This document shows, piece by piece, positions 33,424-41,596 of a stretch of 46,527 bases of DNA. How positions within the stretch are numbered: the stretch's first letter is position 1; each line of letters begins with the position of its first letter. The DNA is from an uncultured Actinomycetes bacterium. GTDB lineage: Bacteria > Actinomycetota > Actinomycetes > Nanopelagicales > Nanopelagicaceae. The position numbers and the translations under genes are program-made. The notes beneath the pieces were generated by a model. It did not search any database. It was given only the letters and a program-made list of their open reading frames with translations, and was not told the origin of the DNA. The stretch is taken from contig CAITAV010000071.1 of assembly GCA_903890345.1 (NCBI GenBank), forward strand, positions 1 through 46,527, written 5' to 3'.

Positions 33424-34415
33424 GAGATTTCACCCGATGCAATTTTTATCAATCGCTCTGCCTTCAACTCGGTTTCTTCCCATTCAGATGCCGCATCACT
33501 TGCCCATGTTATTCCGGCACCTGTACCAAATTTCAAAGTTTCCTCTTCTTTCCAAAAAGTTCTGATTGCAACAGCTAACTCACAAGCATCGCCTTGGATC
33601 CATCCAATTGCTCCGCAGTAAATTCCACGATTTTTCTCATGCTGCGCAATTATTTTCACAGCCGAAGACTTTGGTGCACCGCTAACAGAACCCGGTGGCA
33701 GCAATGGTTCAATTATTTGGCGCCACGATAAATTCTCTTTTAGCTCGCCAGTTACATCAGAGACAAGATGATCAATTCCGGGATGTTTTTCGATACCCAA
33801 TAAACGTGGCACATCTATTGATCCATCTTTGCAAATTTGACCCAGATCGTTTCTAATCAAATCCACGATCATTACATTTTCGGCTGTGTCCTTACTGCCA
33901 AATTCTGCGCCGCCCGTAGGACGAGTGCCTTTGATCGGAGATGACGTAACGGTGTTGCCTCGTCGCTTTAGAAATAGTTCGGGAGATGCCGATGCGATTT
34001 CGACACCTGGAATTCGCAGGTAACTGGCGTACGGTGCAGGATTGTTCTTCAAAATCGACGCAAATAGCCCAGCTAGTGAAAAACTTTTTTCAACTGGTGC
34101 ACTGAGCATGCGACAAGCATTTACTTGATAAACCCATCCATTAGAAACATCTTCTTGAATCGCATGAACATAAGAAATATATGTATCGCGATCCATCGAA
34201 GACTTAAATTTCGAAGAAACGAAATCGGAATCAGATGTAATAAATTGCGCATCAACAACCTGTTCAAATTGGGCACACGTCCATTGACCTTCAAATGAAA
34301 TTGAAACTGCCCAAAACCCATCATTAGTTATTTCGCTGGGGTCATGTGTTACTCGCTGCAAACCAGTTGCATATCGATTGCCCATCCAAAAGATCGGCTC
34401 AACCCCTGCGTTCAT
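33420..34415 (-). CDS. Chorismate-binding enzyme, probable aminodeoxychorismate synthase component I (PabB-like, short form)
   Basis: YQVN, SASPELF, PIKGT (PabB-type rather than TrpE PIAGT), AENVMIVDL.RND, PPGSVSGAPK, IRT, GAGI. Confidence 0.82.
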   Translation of the reverse strand: MNAGVEPIFWMGNRYATGLQRVTHDPSEITNDGFWAVSISFEGQWTCAQFEQVVDAQFITSDSDFVSSKFKSSMDRDTYISYVHAIQEDVSNGWVYQVNACRMLSAPVEKSFSLAGLFASILKNNPAPYASYLRIPGVEIASASPELFLKRRGNTVTSSPIKGTRPTGGAEFGSKDTAENVMIVDLIRNDLGQICKDGSIDVPRLLGIEKHPGIDHLVSDVTGELKENLSWRQIIEPLLPPGSVSGAPKSSAVKIIAQHEKNRGIYCGAIGWIQGDACELAVAIRTFWKEEETLKFGTGAGITWASDAASEWEETELKAERLIKIASGEIS

Positions 34416-34487
34416 GCGGACAACTTAGTCGCTGCCACCTCGCTTTGGCTCTTGCGCACTCATGCGATAGATTTTGCCCTGCAATAC

Positions 34488-34560
34488 GCGGACGTAGCGC
34501 AGTTGGTAGCGCGGAACCTTGCCAAGGTTCAGGTCGCCGGTTCGAACCCGGTCGTCCGCT
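34488..34560 (+). tRNA. tRNA-Gly (GCC)
   Basis: Acceptor GCGGACG/CGTCCGC, anticodon arm GAACC-TTGCCAA-GGTTC, T loop GTTCGAA; CCA not encoded. Confidence 0.97.
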
Positions 34561-34567
34561 CTGATTC

Positions 34568-34614
34568 ACCGCCACTTACATATCTTTACTCATGTAATAG
34601 ATAAAAGTGGCGGT
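34568..34614 (+). other. Long imperfect hairpin in the tRNA-Gly/tRNA-Cys spacer
   Basis: ACCGCCACTT (34568-77) pairs with AAGTGGCGGT (34605-14); inner TATCT/AGATA and TTAC/GTAA around a TCAT loop. Confidence 0.7.
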
Positions 34615-34622
34615 CTTTCTAT

Positions 34623-34696
34623 GGTGGAATGGCCGAGAGGCGAGGCAAGGGACTGCAAATCCCTCTACACGGGTTCAAATCCCGTTTCCACCTCCA
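34623..34696 (+). tRNA. tRNA-Cys (GCA)
   Basis: Acceptor GGTGGAA/TTCCACC, anticodon arm AGGGA-CTGCAAA-TCCCT, GTTCAAAT, discriminator T, encoded CCA. Confidence 0.97.
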
Positions 34697-34755
34697 TTAT
34701 TAAAGTAATAAATATAGCTGTGTCCTTTCACCAACAAAACTGAAAGAATCCACCA

Positions 34756-35103
34756 ATGAGTGCACACGATGAATCACAACGACCTTGGGGTCGCTATGAA
34801 ATCTTGCAAGAAAGTGCAATTCATAAAACGAAATGTATTTATGTACAACCTGGAAAGCGTTTGTCATATCAACGCCATCAAAAACGCGCCGAACATTGGT
34901 TCATAGTTCAAGGCAGCGCCGAAGTAACACTTGAAGGAAAAGTTTCACAACTCTCATCCGGTGACACAATCTCAATTGGCATTGGCCAACTTCACCGAAT
35001 TGCAAACATCGGAAACAACGAAGTTATTTTCATCGAAGTTCAAACTGGTTCATACTTTGGCGAAGATGATATTGAGCGTATCGAGGACGATTTCGGTCGC
35101 TAA
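34756..35103 (+). CDS. Stand-alone cupin, phosphomannose isomerase type II C-terminal domain
   Basis: RPWG.Y, V.PG.RLS.Q.H..RAEHW..V.G, HRIAN, IEVQ.G.YFGEDDI.R.EDDFGR. Confidence 0.9.
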   Translation: MSAHDESQRPWGRYEILQESAIHKTKCIYVQPGKRLSYQRHQKRAEHWFIVQGSAEVTLEGKVSQLSSGDTISIGIGQLHRIANIGNNEVIFIEVQTGSYFGEDDIERIEDDFGR

Positions 35104-35131
35104 ATTAGCTGTTGTATAGTTCAACCACCTA

Positions 35132-35203
35132 GGACGATTGGCTCAGCGGTAGAGCACCACATTGACATTGTGGGGGTCACTGGTTCGATCCCAGTATCGT
35201 CCA
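35132..35203 (+). tRNA. tRNA-Val (GAC)
   Basis: Acceptor GGACGAT/ATCGTCC, anticodon arm CCACA-TTGACAT-TGTGG, GTTCGAT; own -10-like TATAGT just upstream. Confidence 0.97.
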
Positions 35204-35212
35204 CACAGAAAC

Positions 35213-35836
35213 TTATTTCTTTTCTTCTGGCCTTAAATCTTCAATTTTGTTGGCAACATCTTCGCGATAATCTCCACGTAAACCTGCAATGACTCCTTCT
35301 AAATCGTCTTTTGTTTTGTTTTGGCTCATTTTAAATGAAACTTCTAGGCGGGTAACTTTTAATTCAACTCCGACAATTGCCCGCAATTGACCAGCCACAT
35401 AATCTTCTGGAGCATCATCTAACTTCCACGGCTTGGCTCTACCTGCTTCAAATGAATCCGTGAGGTTTGAAACCGCTTTGCGAAGCCAATCGACGTCGTC
35501 ATGGATTATCAATTCACCATACACATGGGCCAACATGTAATCCCAGGTTGGAACGACTTTGCCATGTTCTTGCTTTGACGCATACCAACTTGGCGAAATA
35601 TATGAATCAACAGGTGCGCTAATAAAGAGTGCTTCTTGATTGGTTTTTTCGGACCACTGGGAATTTCCTCGCGCAACATGTCCGATAATTGAACGATCCG
35701 CTTTATCAAAAGTTACGGGAATCATTGTTGAGAGCATCCCCTGTGCAGTGTTGGTAACTAAGTGACCACTCTTGAGGTTTTCCAGAAATTGTTGCGCAGC
35801 GGGGTCTTCAACTGCGAAATGGCGTGGGATATACAT
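35213..35836 (-). CDS. PaiB-like FMN/heme-binding split-barrel protein
   Basis: MYIP.HF, GHVARGN.QW, YISPSWY, VPTW.Y, AIVG, KMSQN. Confidence 0.88.
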   Translation of the reverse strand: MYIPRHFAVEDPAAQQFLENLKSGHLVTNTAQGMLSTMIPVTFDKADRSIIGHVARGNSQWSEKTNQEALFISAPVDSYISPSWYASKQEHGKVVPTWDYMLAHVYGELIIHDDVDWLRKAVSNLTDSFEAGRAKPWKLDDAPEDYVAGQLRAIVGVELKVTRLEVSFKMSQNKTKDDLEGVIAGLRGDYREDVANKIEDLRPEEKK

Positions 35837-36160
35837 TTAGTGACTTACTCCCCCGAGATTCATGATTACAACTCCAGCAATTATTATCGTCATGCCTATT
35901 AGATTAAGTCGGGTCAAATGTTGATTAAAAAATACTGCGCCGCCAACAGCTGCTCCAATGATTCCAAATCCAGACCAAATGGCATAGGTGATTCCAACGT
36001 CTATTTTCTTTAGCGATTGAGACAACAGTGCAAAGGCAGTTAAATAACCTATAACAACTCCGATTGATGGCCACAGTCTTGTAAAACCATCACTTCGCTT
36101 TAGTAGCAAGGTTCCTACTATTTCGGCGGCTATAGCAATCGCCAATAAGAACAATGTCAT
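35837..36160 (-). CDS. SMR-family small multidrug transporter
   Basis: 107 aa, four TMs, AIAAEIVGT (membrane Glu), K.SDGF, YAIWSG.G. Confidence 0.92.
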   Translation of the reverse strand: MTLFLLAIAIAAEIVGTLLLKRSDGFTRLWPSIGVVIGYLTAFALLSQSLKKIDVGITYAIWSGFGIIGAAVGGAVFFNQHLTRLNLIGMTIIIAGVVIMNLGGVSH

Positions 36161-36191
36161 AGTCCAATCGTATCTCTACTAATATTGGGCT

Positions 36192-36743
36192 GTGCCAACC
36201 AAAGATCCAAGCCGCGAAGCGCATTTTCCGCTTATCGAAAAGAAATACGGCGAACCTATGAAGTATTGGTTCAAAGTGATGGCTTCCATTAAGGATGAGA
36301 AATACCCAGTCCAAATCGCGCATCTTCGTGAAAACTACGGATTCTCCCAAGCGCACGCCAACGCATTGGTTATGTTCTCTCGTGGATCAACTACAACTCA
36401 AAAATTTGAAACACCCACTGATTTCTATAAATCCATTGATCCACTACAAGCAAAGACTTTACGTAAAGTTTTTCGAATACTTACTGCAAAGTTTCCAGAT
36501 CTTGAGTTAGTGATTGCGTGGAATCAACCGATGATGCGCAAGGGCACTCAGTATGTCTTCGGCGCATCGGTTGCGAAAAATCACATTTTGATAGCTCCAT
36601 TTAATACTGAAGTTCTAAAGAAAATGGCGTCAGAGCTTAAGGATTACAAGGTCAATAAAAAGACTGTGGCTGTGCCCAATGATTGGAAAGTTGATGAAAA
36701 GTTATTAGTAAAGATGGTTAAGAGCGTGCTTGCACAAAAGTAA
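36192..36743 (+). CDS. DUF4287-DUF1801 (YdhG-like) fusion protein
   Basis: N-part FP.IEKKYG.P...W...L...YG....HANALV resembles DUF4287; C-part I.WNQP......Y......K.H....P...W.VD..LL resembles DUF1801; GTG start. Confidence 0.75.
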   Translation: MPTKDPSREAHFPLIEKKYGEPMKYWFKVMASIKDEKYPVQIAHLRENYGFSQAHANALVMFSRGSTTTQKFETPTDFYKSIDPLQAKTLRKVFRILTAKFPDLELVIAWNQPMMRKGTQYVFGASVAKNHILIAPFNTEVLKKMASELKDYKVNKKTVAVPNDWKVDEKLLVKMVKSVLAQK

Positions 36744-37485
36744 GAGATTTTTCAAAGATTATTTCCATATCGTGATCTAGCGTCGCAACGTGATAGCTGT
36801 TTGTCAGTTCGACGCGCTCTTTATCCTTTGAACTAATGCCTTTGAGAATAATCTCTGTATTAGAAACCGGCAGCACGTGATCTTCGGTGCTATGAAATAG
36901 AAGCGTTGGAAGCGTGACTTTTCCAAGATTCTCGCGCGATGCCTTAAGCATCTTTGTGAGTTCATAAATCCCAACCATTGGTAGCGCGTCATAGGCATAC
37001 TCTGTGACGTTTTTTCGCTTGATGTCATTGCCCACTGCCGAGCGCATTTTTTGAAATTTTGACATTAATTTGGCTAAAGCTGGATTGACTCGTGGAATAT
37101 GAATCATGGGATTGACCAGAACAACGCCACTGATTTTTTCTTGGTGATTTTCCGCGGTGTAAAGAGTTAATCCTCCACCCATCGAAAGTCCGAATACAAA
37201 TATTTTCGTGCAGGTTTTTTGAAGTTCGCGTAATTCGCTTTCAACTTTGCGTGGCCACTCTTGCCATGTAACTTGATTTAAATCCTCTGGCTTTGTGCCG
37301 TGACCTGGCAAGCGTGGAACGCGAACGGTGTAACCCTGTTGGTGCATGAATTCTGCCCATGGACGCATAGACGATGGAGACCCAGTAAATCCATGTACCA
37401 AGAGAATTCCGATTTCCTTGGTGGCACCATTTCCTATTGCAGAGAAATCTTCTAGATAACCAGCCGGAGCGCCAAGTGTTCCCAT
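36718..37485 (-). CDS. Alpha/beta-hydrolase, carboxylesterase/monoacylglycerol lipase-like
   Basis: HGFTGSP, LPGHGT, GLSMGG nucleophile elbow, DHV, SYHVATLD. Confidence 0.92.
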   Translation of the reverse strand: MGTLGAPAGYLEDFSAIGNGATKEIGILLVHGFTGSPSSMRPWAEFMHQQGYTVRVPRLPGHGTKPEDLNQVTWQEWPRKVESELRELQKTCTKIFVFGLSMGGGLTLYTAENHQEKISGVVLVNPMIHIPRVNPALAKLMSKFQKMRSAVGNDIKRKNVTEYAYDALPMVGIYELTKMLKASRENLGKVTLPTLLFHSTEDHVLPVSNTEIILKGISSKDKERVELTNSYHVATLDHDMEIIFEKSLTFVQARS

Positions 37486-37507
37486 GTGCGAAAGAGTACG
37501 CGTTTGC

Positions 37508-38551
37508 TTAATTCGTGGCTAGGTTTTGTGTCAGTGTTGCCCAATCACTGAGCAATTGCGTGGCTTTGCCAGAATCAACTGCATCAATTGCTCGCTTGAG
37601 TCCAGCTGAAATACGTGTGTGAACATCTGCAGATATTTCTCCATCGAATGCTGCGATTGCTGCGGCGGCGTTTAGTAACACTGCATCGCGCGGTGCACCT
37701 ACTTCGCCGTTGAATATTGCTCGAGTGATTCGTGCATTCTCCTGTGAATCTCCACCTACGAGTGCTGAAATTGGTGCGGCAGATAAACCAAAATCTCCTG
37801 GTTCTATTCGTTCACTTTCTATAGTTCCGCCGCCAATTGATAAAACAGATGTCGTGGTCGCCAAAGTGATTTCATCCAAGCCGTCATCGCCGCGAAAGAC
37901 GAATCCATCTACGCCACGATCTCCCAATACTTGAGCCATAACCAAGTGCATTCGCTCATTTGCCACACCAATTGCAGCAGCTTGCGGTTTTGCTGGATTG
38001 GCAAGTGGTCCCAAAATATTAAAAACTGTTGGAACGCCTAACTCTTTACGTACTGCGGCTGCATTTTTCATTGCTGGATGAAATTTCTGAGCAAAGCAAA
38101 AACCTATACCTAGTTGTTGCACCGTTTTTTCAACACCGATTCCGTCCAATGAAATATTGACACCAAGTGCTTCCAATAAATCTGCAGCGCCTGATTTAGA
38201 AGATGACGCTCTATTGCCATGTTTGACCACACGTGCCCCAGCGGCTGCAGCGATTATTGCCGCAGTAGTTGAAATATTTATGGTGTGGGCACCATCGCCG
38301 CCGGTACCGACAGTGTCGACTGCTCGTTCAGTAATTTTTATCGGTGCGCTGTGATTAAACATTTCTGATACGAAGGCACCCACTTCATCTGACGTTTCGC
38401 CTTTATTTTTTAGCGCCAATAAGAATGCGGAAAGGTCTGTGCTTTCTGCTCGACCTTCAAGAATTTCGCGCATAAACCACTGTGCATCCGTGATAGATAA
38501 ATCCAGCCCAGATTCAAGTGATGCAACGGATGATTTCCAACTCGGATTCAT
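37508..38551 (-). CDS. trpD: Anthranilate phosphoribosyltransferase
   Basis: DTVGTGGDG..T.NIST, KHGNR..SS.SG.ADLL, FHPAM, TVFNILGPL.NP, GLDE. Confidence 0.97.
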   Translation of the reverse strand: MNPSWKSSVASLESGLDLSITDAQWFMREILEGRAESTDLSAFLLALKNKGETSDEVGAFVSEMFNHSAPIKITERAVDTVGTGGDGAHTINISTTAAIIAAAAGARVVKHGNRASSSKSGAADLLEALGVNISLDGIGVEKTVQQLGIGFCFAQKFHPAMKNAAAVRKELGVPTVFNILGPLANPAKPQAAAIGVANERMHLVMAQVLGDRGVDGFVFRGDDGLDEITLATTTSVLSIGGGTIESERIEPGDFGLSAAPISALVGGDSQENARITRAIFNGEVGAPRDAVLLNAAAAIAAFDGEISADVHTRISAGLKRAIDAVDSGKATQLLSDWATLTQNLATN

Positions 38552-38572
38552 GAGTAGGTTTTCTGAAAAAAT

Positions 38573-39010
38573 TTACGCCGAAGTAAGTGAGCCAGTGCGC
38601 AATAAATCTGCGACGGTACGAGCAAGAGTAAATGGATCAATTGGATGAATCACAGAAGCTTCTGCTTTCGACCATGCGGCAAGCCATGCATCTTCTTTGC
38701 GTCCGGTAATTGCTAAAACTGGAGGGCAATTAAAAACTTCATCCTTAAGTTGGCGAGCAATTCCGAGGCCACCTTCAGGTGCTGCTTCCCCATCGAGGAT
38801 GAAAAGATCAATTTTGAAAGTGCCATCCTGGGATTTGCGATCTATGTATTGACGCAATGCAGGACCAGTTGCAAACTCATGAATCTCGTGTTCCGGTAAG
38901 TCATCAGCTATTCGATTTCCTAATGCCAAAACGATAGAAGCGCGCACAGAACTATCATCGGAATAGATAGCAATCTGCTTCTTTTTTTGCGCTGCTGCTG
39001 TTGATTCCAT
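38573..39010 (-). CDS. Single-domain receiver (response-regulator-like) protein
   Basis: [36 protein letters not shown]; conserved between trpD and ctaE in actinobacteria. Confidence 0.8.
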   Translation of the reverse strand: MESTAAAQKKKQIAIYSDDSSVRASIVLALGNRIADDLPEHEIHEFATGPALRQYIDRKSQDGTFKIDLFILDGEAAPEGGLGIARQLKDEVFNCPPVLAITGRKEDAWLAAWSKAEASVIHPIDPFTLARTVADLLRTGSLTSA

Positions 39011-39151
39011 CCTCGTATCTTATTGTCTTGGTGGCCTTTTTTAGAGCAAGAATTTGTAGTGACCCGTTTCACCTCGGAAAGGCTAAATTGCCTCGGGCAA
39101 CTAGGTCCTTGGCGGTGGAAGTCCGAGGCCTTTGCAGGAATAATCATCCCC

Positions 39152-39775
39152 ATGTCCACTGCCACAACAGCCCACAAAATCTCGCGTCCTAACTTGGTCG
39201 CTGTTGGAACCATCGTGTGGTTATCCAGTGAGCTGATGTTCTTCGCAGGTTTGTTCGCAATCTATTTCACTACGCGTGCTGTGCAAGGTCCAACGATTTG
39301 GCTTGAGTCATCCAAGCTTCTCAACATTCCATTTGCTGCGGTCAACACAACTGTTCTTGTTCTGTCTTCGGTTACATGCCAGTTCGGTGTCTTTGCCGCA
39401 GAACGTTTTCAAAATAAAAGAACAGGTTCATTCTTTCAGGTAAGCAAATGGGGAATGCGTGAATGGTTCTCTCTTACTTTTCTTATGGGTGCCTTCTTTA
39501 TCGCCGGCCAAATCTATGAATACGCTAGCCTAGTAACCGAAAGTTTGACACTTTCTTCTACGGCCTACGGTTCTATTTTCTACATCGCAACTGGTTTCCA
39601 CGGATTGCACGTAACAGGCGGACTCATTGCATTCCTTATTGTTTTAATCCGCGTTGCTAAGGCTCGTAGATTTACACACTCTCAAGCAACAACTGCGATC
39701 GTAGTTTCCTACTACTGGCACTTCGTAGATGTTGTGTGGATCGCACTCTTTTCAGCAATTTACCTAATCAAATAA
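39152..39775 (+). CDS. ctaE: Cytochrome c oxidase subunit III
   Basis: Start at 39152; [36 protein letters not shown]. Confidence 0.96.
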   Translation: MSTATTAHKISRPNLVAVGTIVWLSSELMFFAGLFAIYFTTRAVQGPTIWLESSKLLNIPFAAVNTTVLVLSSVTCQFGVFAAERFQNKRTGSFFQVSKWGMREWFSLTFLMGAFFIAGQIYEYASLVTESLTLSSTAYGSIFYIATGFHGLHVTGGLIAFLIVLIRVAKARRFTHSQATTAIVVSYYWHFVDVVWIALFSAIYLIK

Positions 39776-39802
39776 CTTTTACGAATATCGAAAGGCATAT
39801 GA

Positions 39803-40594
39803 GTGAAGCGACTATCTAAATACCGCAGACACCGTGCGGCTGCACCAATGCTTTTAGTCCTTGCACTCCTTGCCATTGGTACAACTTTTTCAGTCGCTAG
39901 TGCAACTCCAAATAAATCAGCATTAGCTTTAGCTAGATCGGCTTCAATCGAAGAAGGAAAACAAATCTTTCTTAAAGGGTGTTCGTCCTGTCATGGTTTA
40001 AATGCTGAAGGTGGCGCGATTGCTCCTTCTTTGATTGGCGTTGGCGCAGCTTCAGTTGATTTCCAAGTTGCAACAGGTCGCATGCCGATGGCAGATATGA
40101 GCACACAAGCAATGCGGAAGAAGCCTGTATATACGCCAGAGCAAGTAGCCGCACTGGCTGTTTATGTTGCATCCCTTGCTCCGGGGCCTGCAATCCCAGG
40201 CGATGAATTACTTAATTATGAACGCGATGGAAGCGTTGCCGACGGTGGCGAATTATTTAGAAACAATTGCGCAATGTGCCACAACTTCGCTGGTCAAGGT
40301 GGTGCGCTAACTCAAGGAAAATATGCTCCAACAGTTATGGGTGTTGAGCCAAGACATATTTATGAAGCAATGATTACCGGTCCACAATCGATGCCTGTTT
40401 TCTCCGATAAAATTATTACTCCGGAAGAAAAATTATCAATTATTAAATGGATTAAATTTGCAGAGTCCGAACCAGCACTTGGTGGTGCATCACTAGGGCG
40501 CGTAGGTCCAGTAACTGAAGGACTACTCGTATGGACACTTGGTATCGGTATTTTAATCGGTGTTGCAGTCTGGCTTGCAATGAAGGCGAGATAA
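39803..40594 (+). CDS. qcrC: Cytochrome bcc diheme cytochrome c subunit
   Basis: Two heme motifs CSSCH and CAMCH, FQVATGRMP, GPVTEG. Confidence 0.96.
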   Translation: MKRLSKYRRHRAAAPMLLVLALLAIGTTFSVASATPNKSALALARSASIEEGKQIFLKGCSSCHGLNAEGGAIAPSLIGVGAASVDFQVATGRMPMADMSTQAMRKKPVYTPEQVAALAVYVASLAPGPAIPGDELLNYERDGSVADGGELFRNNCAMCHNFAGQGGALTQGKYAPTVMGVEPRHIYEAMITGPQSMPVFSDKIITPEEKLSIIKWIKFAESEPALGGASLGRVGPVTEGLLVWTLGIGILIGVAVWLAMKAR

Positions 40595-40600
40595 GGAAAA

Positions 40601-41596
40601 ATGGCAAACGACCTCGAAGCAATAAACGATCCAGGCATTCCGGCCCACGTTCACCGCAAGGCTGATTCAGATCCGCTTGCTGCAAAAAAGGCTGAACGCC
40701 AAGTAGCGATTCTCTTTGCTTTATCAGCAATCGGAACAATCCTTTTTATAGTTTCTTACGTTGCAATCCCAGAAGACATTTTTGTATTTATTCCTGTTAT
40801 GGGAAGTACAAATGCTCATCAATTATTTTTAGGACTCGGCCTTGCATTCTCACTATTTTTTATCGGTATGGGTGCGATTCACTGGGCTAAAACTTTGATG
40901 CCAGATCAAGAAGTGAGTGTGCAACGTCACGAGTTTCGCTCTGATGAAGAAGATCGCGATGAATTGGTTAAGACCGCTAAAGAAGGTGCTGCAGCAGCAG
41001 GACTTGGGCGCCGAACTTTAATTAAACGCACACTCGGTCTATCACTAGGTTTAGTTGGTTTATCTCCACTTCTACTGCTGCGAGACCTAGGTCCTCTTCC
41101 AGGAAAATCACTCTCAACGACAAGCTGGAAAGCTGGAACTCGTTTAGTAACTGATCCTGGCGATCGACCAATAAAGCCTGAAGATCTTGAAGTTGGCGCT
41201 GTTGCCCAAGTTCTTCCTGCAATGCTGCCAGGTCAAGACCACCGCGTACTCAGTGACATTGGTAAAGATGCTGTTTTACTGATTCGTTTGCGTCCTGAAG
41301 AATTCAACTTAGATGCTGAACGTTTGTCTTGGACGCATGAAGGAATTATTGCCTTTTCGAAGATTTGTTCTCACATGGGCTGCGCAGTAGCTCTCTATGA
41401 GCAACAGACAAAACATTTGCTCTGCCCATGTCATCAATCAACATTTGATGTAACGCGCGCGGCCAAGGTTTTATTTGGACCTGCGGCCCGACCACTACCT
41501 CAATTAGCATTAGCCCTGGATTCAGAGGGTTATCTTGTAGCGAAGCAACCATTTAATGAACCGGTCGGACCTAGTTTTTGGGAGCGTTCTTCATGA
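40601..41596 (+). CDS. qcrA: Cytochrome bcc Rieske Fe-S subunit
   Basis: CSHMGC and CPCHQSTF, FGPAARPLPQL, internal RR Tat-like motif, three TMs. Confidence 0.96.
   Translation: MANDLEAINDPGIPAHVHRKADSDPLAAKKAERQVAILFALSAIGTILFIVSYVAIPEDIFVFIPVMGSTNAHQLFLGLGLAFSLFFIGMGAIHWAKTLMPDQEVSVQRHEFRSDEEDRDELVKTAKEGAAAAGLGRRTLIKRTLGLSLGLVGLSPLLLLRDLGPLPGKSLSTTSWKAGTRLVTDPGDRPIKPEDLEVGAVAQVLPAMLPGQDHRVLSDIGKDAVLLIRLRPEEFNLDAERLSWTHEGIIAFSKICSHMGCAVALYEQQTKHLLCPCHQSTFDVTRAAKVLFGPAARPLPQLALALDSEGYLVAKQPFNEPVGPSFWERSS

Noticed and set aside
34344-34743. Short ORFs across the tRNA-Gly/Cys region
   Set aside because: They are read through tRNA genes and are not plausible proteins.
35132-37500. Genomic island integrated at tRNA-Val, -Cys or -Gly
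   Set aside because: No integrase, no duplicated tRNA 3' end that I could find, and no obvious compositional break.
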